Of a stretch of 64,000 bases of DNA, positions 40,969-51,609 are shown piece by piece (positions within the stretch are counted from its first letter, which is position 1; each line of letters starts with the position of its first letter). Position numbers and translations under genes: made by a program. The DNA is from Rubripirellula sp. (GTDB taxonomy: Bacteria; Planctomycetota; Planctomycetia; Pirellulales; Pirellulaceae). The DNA is taken from assembly GCA_965216875.1 (NCBI GenBank), contig OZ244207.1, positions 7,360,001 through 7,424,000 of the forward strand, written 5' to 3'. The notes beneath the pieces were generated by a model, which was given only the letters and a program-made list of their open reading frames with translations, did no database searches and was not told where the DNA came from.

Positions 40969-41955
40969 ATGCAAACCCGACTTCTTTCAACAGGCGGCCC
41001 CTCCGTCTCGGAAATCGGATTCGGTGCCTGGGCGATAGGCGGCCAATGGGGCCAACAGGATGACCAAGAGTCGCTTGCATCGTTGCACGAGGCGATCGAC
41101 CGCGGCGTCACGCTGATCGATACCGCCGCTGGCTACGGCGACGGACACAGCGAGCGACTGATCGGACAAGTGCTCAAAGAACGCAGCGAAGAGATCTTTG
41201 TTGCCACCAAGTCACCCCCCGATGCCGGGCCTTGGCCCCCCAGTCCCTATTGTCGCTGGCAAGATCGTTACTCGGCTGCCTACCTGCGCGACAACGTGAA
41301 TACGCGGCTTCGCAACCTCGGTACCGAACGGATCGACCTGCTTCAGCTGCACACGTGGACGCGAGCTTGGAACGATGACCCGCAACCGCTGCTCGTGCTT
41401 CGCCAACTTCGCGAAGAGGGCAAGATCAACCTGATCGGCGTCAGCACTCCCGAACAAGACCAGGATTGTGTGGTTCAGTTGATGCGCGACGGTTTGGTCG
41501 ATGTCGTTCAAGTGATCTTCAATTTGTTTCACCAAGAGCCGGCTGCACAGATCTTGCCCGTTGCCGCCGAGACCGGGACAGGCGTCATTGTGCGCGTCGC
41601 ACTCGACGAGGGTGTGTTGGCCGGAAAGTATGCCGCCGACCACGCGTTTGCTGAAGACGATTTTCGAAGCGCCTACTTTGCCGGCGACCGGATGCAACGT
41701 GCCGCCGAACGTGTCGAACAGGTTCGCGAGGATCTGCAACAGTTCGGCATCGACGACCAATACTCGCTTGCGGACGTCGCATTGAAATTTGCGCTTGCTC
41801 GATCGGAAGTCAGTTCCGTCATCGTTGGCATGCGCAACCGCGACCAAGTAACACGCAATACAAGAACGAGCCAACTCAAGGACCTACCTGCCGAACTCCT
41901 GAACCGACTGCAGCGTCACAATTGGCGGCGCGGTGTTTGGTACGGCGGCAAATAG
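40969..41955 (+). CDS. Aldo/keto reductase
   Basis: SEIGFGAWAIGG, DTAAGYGDGHSE, ATK, IDLLQLH and GKINLIGVS. Confidence 0.93.
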   Translation: MQTRLLSTGGPSVSEIGFGAWAIGGQWGQQDDQESLASLHEAIDRGVTLIDTAAGYGDGHSERLIGQVLKERSEEIFVATKSPPDAGPWPPSPYCRWQDRYSAAYLRDNVNTRLRNLGTERIDLLQLHTWTRAWNDDPQPLLVLRQLREEGKINLIGVSTPEQDQDCVVQLMRDGLVDVVQVIFNLFHQEPAAQILPVAAETGTGVIVRVALDEGVLAGKYAADHAFAEDDFRSAYFAGDRMQRAAERVEQVREDLQQFGIDDQYSLADVALKFALARSEVSSVIVGMRNRDQVTRNTRTSQLKDLPAELLNRLQRHNWRRGVWYGGK

Positions 41956-42027
41956 CCAAGCCCTGAGCCTGGAACACGCCTACGCCTGAAACAAGCCTAA
42001 GCCCGAAACAAGATTGAGCGACTGTGA

Positions 42028-42834
42028 ATGACTGACCTAGCAAACATTCTGGATCACGCGACCAACGCCGCCAAATTGGGTGGCGATATCCTGATGCGAT
42101 ACTTTCGCGAAGGAGTTCAAATGCGTGACAAGTCGGACCAAGGTGGCAAGACTTATGATCTGGTCAGTGACGCGGACATTGAAAGTGAGAAAGCGGTCGC
42201 CGAATACCTACAGAAGCAGTTTCCAGGTCACGAACTGCTGGGCGAAGAGGCGCTCACCGGTTCCACCGACGCCGATCACTTATGGATCATCGATCCTCTT
42301 GATGGCACCAACAACTTTGCACACCAGGTGCCCCACTTTGCCGTTTCGATCGCCTACTACCAACATGGCGTGCCAACGGTCGGTGTTGTGTTGAATCCGG
42401 CACGCGACGAGCTGTTCACGGCAACCCGCGGTGGCGGCGCGATGCGCGACGGACAACCCGTATCGGTGAATGACGCCGAAACGCTCGCCAAGACGCTCAT
42501 CGGGTGTGGCTTCTACTACGACCGCGGTGCGATGATGCGTAGCACGCTTGCCGCGATTGAAGCCTTCTTTGAGTGTGACATTCACGGCATCCGCCGATTC
42601 GGAACAGCGGCGCTCGATTTGTGCCAAGTCGGTTGCGGTCAATTCGGCGGTTTCTTTGAATACCAACTCTCGCCATGGGACTTCGCCGCTGGACGACTGT
42701 TTGTCGAAGAGGCAGGCGGAACGGTTACGGATGCCAGGGGCGACACGATGCCTCTGGAAAAATCGAGTATCGTTGCCAGCAATGGAAAATTGCATGAAGC
42801 GATGATCGAGATCACAGCACGCCACCACCCCTAG
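42028..42834 (+). CDS. suhB: Inositol monophosphatase family (SuhB-like)
   Basis: GEE, WIIDPLDGTNNF, RRFGTAALDL and WDFAAG. Confidence 0.9.
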   Translation: MTDLANILDHATNAAKLGGDILMRYFREGVQMRDKSDQGGKTYDLVSDADIESEKAVAEYLQKQFPGHELLGEEALTGSTDADHLWIIDPLDGTNNFAHQVPHFAVSIAYYQHGVPTVGVVLNPARDELFTATRGGGAMRDGQPVSVNDAETLAKTLIGCGFYYDRGAMMRSTLAAIEAFFECDIHGIRRFGTAALDLCQVGCGQFGGFFEYQLSPWDFAAGRLFVEEAGGTVTDARGDTMPLEKSSIVASNGKLHEAMIEITARHHP

Positions 42835-42891
42835 CCGTTTTGTCGGTTACAACCAACGACTTCATCCAGCCGTCCGCTCGCTCAATTCATC

Positions 42892-44049
42892 ATGTCGACT
42901 CTAGATCACGCGATTGAATCGCTGAAACAACTCGTTTCGTTTCCGTCGGTAAGTGCGACAAGCAACGGCGAAGTTTCAACGGACGTCGCCGCGAAGCTTC
43001 GCGAACTCGGTTTTTCGGTCGAGCAAACGGAATACGACGATCCTCGTGGCGTGCGCAAAGTCAATTTGGTCGCGCGCCGAGATCCCACGTCATCGAACTC
43101 CGGCAAAGGTGGTCTTGCCTACTTTTGTCACACCGACGTTGTGCCGGCTGAGGGTTGGACCGGGCCGGGCGGTGATCCGTTTCGTGGGGTGATCGAAGGC
43201 GAACGGATCTTCGCACGCGGCTCTTGCGACATGAAAGGTTCTCTGGTCGCAATGATGTCGGCCGCTTCACTTGTCCCCCAAGAACAACAGACGCGGCCGA
43301 TTTGGATCGTTTGCACGGCCGACGAAGAGGTTGGGTTTGCCGGTGCAAAAGAGCTGGTTGCTGCATCGACCCAGTACAAGCGAATCGTCGAGGCTCAACC
43401 GCTCGCATTGATTGGCGAGCCGACTCGTTTGTCGGTGGTTCACGCACACAAGGGCATCACGGGTGGAAAGATCATCAGCCGTGGACGGGCCGCGCATAGT
43501 AGTACGACCGATGGTGTGAACGCCAATGAAGCGATGGTGCCGATGCTTCAGAAGTTGCTGGGGATTGCCGAGCGGACGCGCAGCGAAAAGAACTTGCAGG
43601 ACGATCGTTTTGATCCGCCCGTTCTGTCATGGAACTTTGGCGTTAGCGATCATTGCACGGCCGTCAACATCACACCCGATCGAAGCGTCGCCTGGTTCAG
43701 TTTGCGGCCCATGCCGAACATCGATGGCAGCGGCTTGATCGATGAAGTCAAAGCGACTGCTGAGTCACTTGGTCTTGAGTTTGAGCTCTTTGAAGGGGGC
43801 GAGCCGTTTTGGCAAGAAGCGGATGCCGATTCGATCCAAGCGTTGTGCGAACTGGCGGGCGGCGACCCGCACACGGTTTGTTATGGCACCGACGGCGGCG
43901 AATTCGCAGAGCTCAAACATCGCGTCGTTTGCGGTCCAGGCGACATCGCTCAAGCACACACGACCGACGAATTCCTCGAGATCGATCAGCTCAACAAAGG
44001 AATCGAACTCTACCGGCGAACGATCGAAAAGTGGTGCACAGGTTCGTAG
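42892..44049 (+). CDS. argE: Acetylornithine deacetylase-like M20 peptidase
   Basis: HTDVVP, RGSCDMKG, DEEVG, GEPT, GRAAHSS, YGTDG and GPGDIAQAHT. Confidence 0.8.
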   Translation: MSTLDHAIESLKQLVSFPSVSATSNGEVSTDVAAKLRELGFSVEQTEYDDPRGVRKVNLVARRDPTSSNSGKGGLAYFCHTDVVPAEGWTGPGGDPFRGVIEGERIFARGSCDMKGSLVAMMSAASLVPQEQQTRPIWIVCTADEEVGFAGAKELVAASTQYKRIVEAQPLALIGEPTRLSVVHAHKGITGGKIISRGRAAHSSTTDGVNANEAMVPMLQKLLGIAERTRSEKNLQDDRFDPPVLSWNFGVSDHCTAVNITPDRSVAWFSLRPMPNIDGSGLIDEVKATAESLGLEFELFEGGEPFWQEADADSIQALCELAGGDPHTVCYGTDGGEFAELKHRVVCGPGDIAQAHTTDEFLEIDQLNKGIELYRRTIEKWCTGS

Positions 44050-44218
44050 GTTTCGCGGTCTTCAGTTTGGGCGAGAAGAAGAAACCACGGATTGCACGAA
44101 TCACACGGATGGAAATTTGTGTGTGCTGGAACGGAGGGCCCGAGGCCTGACGGCCGGCGGCTCATGTGATTGCGCTAAGAGGCGATCGGGTCGGGTAACG
44201 CGAATTGCACGAACCAGG

Positions 44219-45979
44219 TTAGACCGCGGCGAGCGATTTGGCGACGCGCCAGTCGACGAGGTGGATTTCTACTTTACGCATACCGCGAAACTCGTTGATC
44301 ACCGGTCGGTACGCGATCTCGATTGGCCCATCGGTTTCATTCAGGTCGTCACACCAGTCACCGGCGCTGAAGGCGACCGCGCGAACGACTTTGCTTCCTT
44401 GACGCAAGTTGACGGTCAGGTGTCGGTCGCCGCCGCCCATCCGTCGCGCGGGTGCGTCGAGTTCAACGTCACGGCAGTAGAGAATCGGGCGAGGGTTGCC
44501 AGCACCAAACGGCGCGAGCATTTCCATCTGTTTGACCGTTTCGAGATTCAGTTGCACGAACGGCGCTTCGGCATCAATCGTGATTTCGGGAACGATCTCT
44601 TTGTCGGTCCATTGTTTTGCGACCGCTTCACAGAAGTCCCCGCGAAACGCTTCGAGGTCTTTCTCTTCGACGGTGATGCCGGCTGCTGCTTTGTGGCCGC
44701 CGAATTTCACCAGCCGGTCACTGCATTCATCGAGTGCTGCGTAGAGGTCTACTTCGGTGCCGCCAACGCGACCCGAGCCAACGCCCGCGACTTTTCCTGC
44801 GGTATCGAGCGAGATCACGATCACCGGCTTGGCGTACTTGTCGGCCAAGCGTCCAGCGACGACGCCGATGACGCCTTGGTGCCATCCGACGCCTGCAAGC
44901 ACAAGTGCGGCATCGCCTTCGGGGTCGAACTCGCTCTTGGCTTGCTTTTGTGCGGCCAAGTAAACGCTGCGCTGAAGACTGTCGCGGCTACTGTTGAGTT
45001 GGTCGATGTACTCGGCGAGGGCTTTTGCGCGATCGCCAGCGGATGTCGTTAGCAACTCGACGGCAAGCTGAGCCTGACCGAGTCGACCGGCGGCGTTCAA
45101 CCGCGGTGCCAACGTGAAGGCGATGCTTTCGGTGTTCAGCGTCGAGACTTCGTCGAGCTTGGTGATCGACATTAGGTCGACCAATCCGGGGATCGGTTCC
45201 AGCCGTAGCATCCGAATCCCGTGTTCGACCAGGATTCGGTTTTCGTCAAGCAAAGGAACGACGTCGGCAACCGTACCTATCGCTGCCAGCGAGAGCGATT
45301 GCATCAAGTAACGACGAAGTGGCTCGCTTACTTTTTTCGAGCCGCACATCTCTTGGCAGAGCGCCCAGGCGAGTTTGAAGGCGACGCCTGCGCCGCACAA
45401 TTCGCCGAATGGGTACGCGGTGCCTGGAAGGCGCGGGTGAACCACTGCATCGGCGTCAGGTAATTCACCGCCGATGGTGTGGTGGTCGGTGATGATCAGT
45501 TGGACGCCGAGCTCTTTGCACAGCTTGGCATGCTCGACGCTGGTGATGCCACAGTCGACCGAGATGATCAATCGTTTCCCACGCTCGACCAGCTTTTCGA
45601 TCGCCGCCTGGTTTAAGCCGTAGCCATCTTCGAGTCGGTTGGGAACGTGGTAACTGACATCGGCACCGAGCAGGCGAAGTCCGTTGACCAGAATGGCGCT
45701 GCCTGTCATGCCATCGCAATCGTAGTCGCCATAGACAACGATCGGAGTCTTGTCTTTGACCGCCTGAACCAAGATCGGGACGGCTTTCGCGATACCGGGC
45801 AACTCAAGTGGGTCGCGCAAACCCATGAGTTTGGTGTCGAGGAATTGCGACGCGCTTTCAGCGTCGTAGACACCGCGGCTGACAAGAAGTTGAGCGACGA
45901 AGGGAGGCAGGCGACTTGCGGCAATCAGTTGCTCGACGCGAGCGGCGTCGTGCGGGATGATGCGCCAACGTCGTTGCAT
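44219..45979 (-). CDS. recJ: Single-stranded-DNA exonuclease RecJ
   Basis: YGDYDCDG, VDCG, TDHH, GTVADVVPL, PRLNAAGRL, GGHKAAAG and PFGAGNP. Start trimmed to MQRRW. Confidence 0.96.
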   Translation of the reverse strand: MQRRWRIIPHDAARVEQLIAASRLPPFVAQLLVSRGVYDAESASQFLDTKLMGLRDPLELPGIAKAVPILVQAVKDKTPIVVYGDYDCDGMTGSAILVNGLRLLGADVSYHVPNRLEDGYGLNQAAIEKLVERGKRLIISVDCGITSVEHAKLCKELGVQLIITDHHTIGGELPDADAVVHPRLPGTAYPFGELCGAGVAFKLAWALCQEMCGSKKVSEPLRRYLMQSLSLAAIGTVADVVPLLDENRILVEHGIRMLRLEPIPGLVDLMSITKLDEVSTLNTESIAFTLAPRLNAAGRLGQAQLAVELLTTSAGDRAKALAEYIDQLNSSRDSLQRSVYLAAQKQAKSEFDPEGDAALVLAGVGWHQGVIGVVAGRLADKYAKPVIVISLDTAGKVAGVGSGRVGGTEVDLYAALDECSDRLVKFGGHKAAAGITVEEKDLEAFRGDFCEAVAKQWTDKEIVPEITIDAEAPFVQLNLETVKQMEMLAPFGAGNPRPILYCRDVELDAPARRMGGGDRHLTVNLRQGSKVVRAVAFSAGDWCDDLNETDGPIEIAYRPVINEFRGMRKVEIHLVDWRVAKSLAAV

Positions 45980-46174
45980 CCTCTCACTCCTGCGTCCTTG
46001 CGTGGGTGCGCTCGTGGTTTCGCGATCTCTGCGAAACGAGCCACCCAGTGGCGAACCTAAATTAAAGGAGGCGGGTGCATCGACCCGCCTGATCAACATT
46101 GGAGCCGGGGATTCGCGTCAGGCGCTCGGGGCGCTGCGCATCGATCGCCGGCTCATTCGGCACGTTGGAAGTGC

Positions 46175-46342
46175 TTACTTCTTCTTCTCGGTATGCCAAG
46201 TGTGTTTGCGAAGTCGTGTGCTGTATTTCTTCAGACGCAACTTCTCACCGCCAGGCTTTCGCTTGAGGGTGTAGTTGTAGTCGCCGGTTTCTTCGCAGAC
46301 CAAAAAGATCGTTTCAGCCTTTTTCTTTGAGCGGCCAGCCAT
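46175..46342 (-). CDS. rpmG: 50S ribosomal protein L33 (non-zinc-ribbon type)
   Basis: Manual translation gives MAGRSKKKAETIFLVCEETGDYNYTLKRKPGGEKLRLKKYSTRLRKHTWHTEKKK (55 aa). Not in the ORF track. Confidence 0.93.
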   Translation of the reverse strand: MAGRSKKKAETIFLVCEETGDYNYTLKRKPGGEKLRLKKYSTRLRKHTWHTEKKK

Positions 46343-46585
46343 CTCGGAATCTCTATTCTGTTACGGTTTGTTCGTGATTTGGGGGCCTGATTATGCCAAC
46401 CGGGCCCCATTTTCGGCAACCCTTCCGAGCTGCTTTTTTTCGTCGGGGGTTTGCGTGGCCGCTGCAGTCCGTTTTTTCGTGCGATTTGGTGCGAGCAAGC
46501 AGGGACTCGACGGCTGTTTTCGTGCGATTTGGTGCGTGGGAGTAGGCACCCGAGCGCTGTTTTGCGGCGAAAACCTGTGGTGCAG

Positions 46586-46906
46586 CTACTCCATCAGGGC
46601 CTCTTTGATGGCTCGGACGACCCCCTGTCGGCTGGGGGCGAGCGGGATTATCGAGTCGACATCGACGCCCAAGACCTTCCCGAGCCGGATCGCCAAGTCG
46701 ACGTCGCGGACCCCGTGGTACTGGTTGGTTGGCGCGTTTTCGACGTAGATCGTTTGGCTGTCCGAGCGGTAGCCCGACTCGAATGCGTCGGCCATTTCCT
46801 CGATCCAGGCCTCAGGCACTCCCGCCTGGCGGCAGGTTTCAACGCTCCAAATCTCGTCGCCACTGCACTGCGAAATCAGGGCATACGCTTTGTCTTGCGA
46901 AATCAT
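46586..46906 (-). CDS. Hypothetical protein
   Basis: 106-aa ORF with an ATGA overlap to the upstream dehydratase gene. Confidence 0.75.
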   Translation of the reverse strand: MISQDKAYALISQCSGDEIWSVETCRQAGVPEAWIEEMADAFESGYRSDSQTIYVENAPTNQYHGVRDVDLAIRLGKVLGVDVDSIIPLAPSRQGVVRAIKEALME

Positions 46907-47259
46907 GAATCGGAAAGAAGCTCGTCGATTTTGGCAGCCACAATGAAGTCGTTTTCGCTCAGGCCGCCAATCGCGTGAGTGGTCAGCTCGATCCGAACCT
47001 TGCGATAGCCCGTCAAATGCAAGTCGGGGTGATGCTGTTCGGTTTCAGCAACGTCCGCGATCGCGTTGAGCAATTTCATCGCGGCAACAAAGTGCTTGCA
47101 GGTGACTTTGCGAAAGATCGCCTTGCCCGATTCGTCCAGCGTCCACTCGGGCGTCGCCTCGACGTACTTGGTGGCGTCCTCTTTTTCGATCGCCGGCACA
47201 CCACCTTCACAAGGAAGGCACTTGGCTTGCCGAAGCGATTCGGTTGTTGGTTGGTTCAT
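46903..47259 (-). CDS. phhB: Pterin-4-alpha-carbinolamine dehydratase
   Basis: 'CLPCEGG', 'AETEQHHPDL' and 'THAIGGLSENDFIVAAKID'. Confidence 0.92.
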   Translation of the reverse strand: MNQPTTESLRQAKCLPCEGGVPAIEKEDATKYVEATPEWTLDESGKAIFRKVTCKHFVAAMKLLNAIADVAETEQHHPDLHLTGYRKVRIELTTHAIGGLSENDFIVAAKIDELLSDS

Positions 47260-47331
47260 GGGTGTTGGCGTGGTTTGGGATTGGTATTGAAGAACCGGCG
47301 GCTGGTGTTGCGGATTGGATTACCGGCAATC

Positions 47332-47487
47332 ACCCTCCCGCTTGCGGGAGGGTCGGACGCAAAGTCCGGGGAGGGAATGATTCTCTTGAAACAAACCCTC
47401 TCCGGGCCTTAGAGGCCGACTCTCCCGAGGGAGAGTGTTGCAGTTTGCAGCGTTCGAGGCCCGGCCGCTTACGTGATCACGGCTTAC
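47332..47487. repeat. REP-like palindromes (CCCTCCC..GGGAGGG type) plus a family C half
   Basis: ACCCTCCCGCTTGCGGGAGGGT and CTCTCCCGAGGGAGAG hairpins; GGCCCGGCCGCTTACGTGATCACGGCTT. Confidence 0.65.
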
Positions 47488-47514
47488 TTATTCACTCAAG
47501 GCGGTACGACAAAC

Positions 47515-49989
47515 TCAACGGGCGATTGTCTTTAGATCAAACCGGATCCCTTTGTGAAACCCGACGCCCTGGGGTGCCGAGCCGTAGCCGGTGATGTCAC
47601 GGGCGATGGTCACAATGTCGGTGATTGTGATCACGCCCAAACTGTCCTCCTTGGTCAAGTAAAGAAAGCTGCTGCCACGCTTCACTTCCGAGTTGCCGGT
47701 GTTCGCGTTTCGAGCCATCAGCATCATGTCGTCGACCGAGTCACCCTTCGGGAGCTGGCCAGCCGCGATTCGTTTGTCGAGGTTACGTGCGTCGAGCGAG
47801 TCGATCTCCCAAAGTTTCAATCCGATGCCGCGCAGCACGTAAGGGCTTTCACCTTCTTGGGCATCGCGTTTGACACAAATCAAATCGCACCCCTCTCTGC
47901 TGGCCCAGCTTTCGACCGATTCAATGTCACCCGCCGCTTGCTTCCACTCGATCGACTTTGGCCATGCCGGTGATCGTCCCGTGTCGAGGTCCAAGAAAAA
48001 GTCTTTGTACTTGCCCGGTTTGTCGCCGATGGGGCAAACGACCATGCCGCTGATGTGCCGATCGATTTGAGGACTCTCGCCGAGATCGAGGCCGGTCGGG
48101 AAGGTGCTCGGGTCGATCTCTGGCAGCGGTTTGAGGTTCACTTTGGCGTAGGCTTTGTCGACATCAAAGTCGGACCAGTTTGCTTCCCACCACTTTGCCC
48201 ACGTTTCGGCATTGCCCTGGTAGCGTTCTTGTTGCATGCGGTGCAATCGCCGGTCTTTGCTGCGGCTGATTGAAAAGAGGTCTTGTTCGTCAAACTTTTT
48301 GCCAGTGATCGACTGCAACGCACCGAAGAGTTCGCGAACGGGGCGGCCAAAATCGAAATAGTTGCCACGCGACTTGCCGAGTTCATGCTGCTGCATGAAG
48401 GCGGCCAGGTCTTGGTTTTCGACGATCAGGCCATAGTCGCTCATTGATGGCTGAAGCCCTTTCGGGATCGCACGGATGAGCGCTGGAACGCTGCGCGGGT
48501 CGTTGATGGCGCGAAGTGCGAACCCGAGTCGTCGCAACATGCGTTGTTTGTTGGTTCGTTCGAGTTCGTCACAGAGTGCTGGTACGGCGGGCGACCCAAT
48601 TTCAACGAGGTCACGCATCATAAGGCACCAAAGTTCGGTCTCGTCGACCGTGTTGTTGAGCGCGCGGAAGTGTTCGATGATCGCTTTGATCCGGGCTTCC
48701 TTGTCGGCCGGCAATCTGGCGAAGACCTTGCGAGCCTCGGCCATCTTTTCGTCGCCGGTCTTTCGAACTTCTTGCGTGATCACACAGTCGATCGTTTCGC
48801 CCTCGGCAACCATGATCGGTTTTGCTTCGCGGGTCCAAAGCATGCGATCGGTGTGCAGGTTCAGGGTGTAGGGGAAGTTTTCGCCCGCCGCGGCCCTCAA
48901 TCGAAACCGCCCGTCGTCGTCGACCATCACGAGCGTTTCTTGTCCCATCGGTCGGCTCGGACCGCGCAGGCCAATGCGAACACGTTCGCCCTGTTCGATC
49001 CGGACGACCGGCTTTCCGGTTGTGGGGTGAACGACTTGGCCTGTGATCCAGCCGCCTTCGCTGACGACAAACGGTTCAAGTTGGACCGGCTTGCCCGCAG
49101 CACATTCAATGTCCTTCAATCCACTGGCAACGAAGTTTGGGTCCTCGACCATGATGTGGTAATTGCACTCGGGCACGACGACGGCAAACGATCCGTCTTT
49201 GTCTGTATTCACGACGCGCGTGGTCGAGTGATCCGTTGCGCGAAGTGAGACGAGGGTGTTTGCCATCGCGTTACCCTCTTGGTCGACGATCGATCCACGA
49301 ACCAAGCATCCCGTTGGCATTCGCAGTTCGGCGAAACCCGGGATGTCGTTGATTTGAAAGTCCTTGCGACCTGCCAAGTCACTGTCGACCGTGATCTGGA
49401 TCGAGTTTGATTTGGGGTCGGGCCCAACAACGATCGGCATGCGTTCGATTTCAAACAGGCCTTCCTCGTCCGTCGTGTCGCACAGCAGTCCAACGGCGCA
49501 TGTTGCACGGTTGTAGGCACGGTAGACCGTCGCGCCGACGACGGGGTTGCCTGCCGAATCGAGGACGCGTCCTCGCAGCGTGGCCTGCTTGGGATCGACG
49601 GCGATCTTCAATGGGCGTCCATTGGGATCGGTGAAAACGTAGCCGGCAAAGACGGGGCGATTCGGGGCGTCGACGACCAATCGGTAGCCGAGCGATTCAA
49701 AGCGAAGCTGATTGGGAGGATCGAGACCTTCAAATGTGAACTCGCCCTCTTCGCCCGAGAGTGTCGCGTCAATCAATTCTGGGGCTTCGGTGGGCCCGCG
49801 GACGGCGATCAGTTGGACGTTCGCGCCGGCGATTCCCTTGCCGGTCGCTTTGTCGAGGATCGATCCTTGGACGCTGTAGGTCGGTTCGAGATCCTGGGCT
49901 TGCACCTCGATGGGGCTCAGCGAGCCGAAAAGGACCGCCCCTAAACCGACGAGGAAGAGAAGTGCCCGTAGCGGGAGTTGAATCGACAT
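47515..49989 (-). CDS. Exported protein with repeated carboxypeptidase-regulatory-like (prealbumin-fold) domains and a HEAT-like region
   Basis: Signal peptide; four 'G.V.D..G.P..GA.V...T...G.F' units; 'LVEIGSPAVPAL...DPRSVPALI'. Confidence 0.8.
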   Translation of the reverse strand: MSIQLPLRALLFLVGLGAVLFGSLSPIEVQAQDLEPTYSVQGSILDKATGKGIAGANVQLIAVRGPTEAPELIDATLSGEEGEFTFEGLDPPNQLRFESLGYRLVVDAPNRPVFAGYVFTDPNGRPLKIAVDPKQATLRGRVLDSAGNPVVGATVYRAYNRATCAVGLLCDTTDEEGLFEIERMPIVVGPDPKSNSIQITVDSDLAGRKDFQINDIPGFAELRMPTGCLVRGSIVDQEGNAMANTLVSLRATDHSTTRVVNTDKDGSFAVVVPECNYHIMVEDPNFVASGLKDIECAAGKPVQLEPFVVSEGGWITGQVVHPTTGKPVVRIEQGERVRIGLRGPSRPMGQETLVMVDDDGRFRLRAAAGENFPYTLNLHTDRMLWTREAKPIMVAEGETIDCVITQEVRKTGDEKMAEARKVFARLPADKEARIKAIIEHFRALNNTVDETELWCLMMRDLVEIGSPAVPALCDELERTNKQRMLRRLGFALRAINDPRSVPALIRAIPKGLQPSMSDYGLIVENQDLAAFMQQHELGKSRGNYFDFGRPVRELFGALQSITGKKFDEQDLFSISRSKDRRLHRMQQERYQGNAETWAKWWEANWSDFDVDKAYAKVNLKPLPEIDPSTFPTGLDLGESPQIDRHISGMVVCPIGDKPGKYKDFFLDLDTGRSPAWPKSIEWKQAAGDIESVESWASREGCDLICVKRDAQEGESPYVLRGIGLKLWEIDSLDARNLDKRIAAGQLPKGDSVDDMMLMARNANTGNSEVKRGSSFLYLTKEDSLGVITITDIVTIARDITGYGSAPQGVGFHKGIRFDLKTIAR

Positions 49990-50222
49990 AGCTATCCCCT
50001 AACGTCCGTTCGATGCGCCGAATCGGCAGGCCTCTGTCCCAGTGAGTTTCCCAACCTCTCGGGTTTACCACGCTCCCGAGCGGCGAGCAAGAATTTTGCT
50101 AAGCGCCGGGTGGGCTGTGATCCGAGGAAAAAAACTCCGAAAGCGAGGCCGATTGGAGTTGACGATTCTGCGTCAGTTCGCCAAATTCTGTCTCTTTGCG
50201 GCGGAAACTGCGCCGCGAACAT

Positions 50223-50276
50223 GTGGGAGAGATTGCCGCCAACCGCCGGTTGGGACGGGTGAACTCGCCAAACCAC
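50223..50276 (+). promoter_or_regulatory. Putative ribosomal protein L1-binding mRNA site (autogenous control)
   Basis: GTGG-GA-GAG...CTC-GCCAAA-CCAC: two helices around an asymmetric purine-rich internal loop, 25 nt upstream of rplA. Resembles known L1 operator sites. Confidence 0.65.
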
Positions 50277-50300
50277 CCGACAATTGAAGGTCGTGACCCT

Positions 50301-50978
50301 ATGGGTAAAAAGTCCAAGCGCTACCGCGCTTCTATCGAAAAACAGCCTGCGAACCCGCTTCCTTTGGCAGACGCGGTCGAGGCTCTCAAGAAATACGATT
50401 CGACCAAGTTTGATCAAACGGTCGAAATCCATATGCGGTTAGGTGTTGACCCTAACCAAGCGGATCAGATCATCCGCGGATCTTTGGTGCTGCCCAACGG
50501 TATCGGCAAGACTCAACGAGTTGTCGTGTTCGCCAAGGGTGACGCAGCGAAAGCAGCCGAAGAAGCGGGTGCTGACGAAGTCGGCCAAGAAGACTTGGCT
50601 AAGAAAATCAAAGATGGCTGGACAGACTTTGATGTTTGTATCGCAGCCCCTGACATGATGGGCCTGGTTGGTCCACTCGGTCGTGTCCTCGGTCCTCGCG
50701 GATTGATGCCTAGCCCACGTGCTGGCACCGTGACTCCCGACGTCGCCAAGGTCGTTGGCGAGTACAAAGCGGGTAAGGTCGAGTTCCGCAACGACAAAGG
50801 TGGCAACGTCCACGCGATGGTTGGCAAGATGAGCTTCGACTCGCCAAAGCTGGTCGAGAACATCACCGCCTTCATGAATTTTATCGACGGCTTGAAGCCA
50901 CAAACGATCAAAGGTGCCTACGTCAAAGGTATCGCGATCTGTGGCACGATGAGCCCAAGTGTTAGAGTTGCCGTCTGA
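50301..50978 (+). CDS. rplA: 50S ribosomal protein L1
   Basis: [38 protein letters not shown] and TMSP. Start trimmed to MGKKSKRY. Confidence 0.98.
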   Translation: MGKKSKRYRASIEKQPANPLPLADAVEALKKYDSTKFDQTVEIHMRLGVDPNQADQIIRGSLVLPNGIGKTQRVVVFAKGDAAKAAEEAGADEVGQEDLAKKIKDGWTDFDVCIAAPDMMGLVGPLGRVLGPRGLMPSPRAGTVTPDVAKVVGEYKAGKVEFRNDKGGNVHAMVGKMSFDSPKLVENITAFMNFIDGLKPQTIKGAYVKGIAICGTMSPSVRVAV

Positions 50979-51022
50979 TTCCGCTGATGCAGATTTCGCA
51001 ATCTGTAGAGTGAACCAATCCA

Positions 51023-51547
51023 ATGAGTAAATACGTCAAAGAACTGGTGACCCGCGACATTCAGCGGCGACTCGATGGTGTCGAAGATGCCGTCGTTGTG
51101 AGCTACGTCGGAATGGACGCCAACACCACCAACGAATTGCGTGGCGAGCTTGAGGCGAAAGACATCAACTTGATGATCGTCAAGAACTCGCTCGCACGCC
51201 GTGCCACCGAAGGCACTTCGCTCGCTCCGGCGTTCGAAGGTGCAAATGGCCAAGTTGCTGTCTGCTGGGGCTCGACTGATTTCGTCTCCCTTGTCAAAGA
51301 GATCGTAAAGCTCGACAAGGATGGCGAAAAGTACGACAAGTTTTCCGCTGACGGCGGCGTGATGGATGGCGAAGCCCTTGATGCCGACGGCCTGAAGGCG
51401 GTCAGCAAGTGGCCAAGCCGCGAAGAACAAATCTCGATGTTGGTCGGCCAGATTCTTGGCCCAGGATCGCAGTTGTCCGGTGCATTGCTGGGACCGGGTA
51501 GGACGCTTAATAGCCAGCTTAAAAGTAAAGGCGAAGGCGACGAGTAG
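51023..51547 (+). CDS. rplJ: 50S ribosomal protein L10
   Basis: 'ELRGEL...IVKNSLARRA', 'PSREEQI'; position between rplA and rplL. Confidence 0.96.
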   Translation: MSKYVKELVTRDIQRRLDGVEDAVVVSYVGMDANTTNELRGELEAKDINLMIVKNSLARRATEGTSLAPAFEGANGQVAVCWGSTDFVSLVKEIVKLDKDGEKYDKFSADGGVMDGEALDADGLKAVSKWPSREEQISMLVGQILGPGSQLSGALLGPGRTLNSQLKSKGEGDE

Positions 51548-51609
51548 TCCGCCGTATCCCACATTCACCCCCTACAAATCACCAAAATTTATTTTTGAGG
51601 AACTAGAAA

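Noticed and set aside
41957..42011. Short degenerate repeats (AAGCCT/ACGCCT...GAAACA)
   Set aside because: Too short and irregular to assign a function; probably a low-complexity spacer.
43742..45052. 436-aa plus-strand ORF
   Set aside because: It overlaps argE out of frame and recJ antisense, and has no protein motifs.
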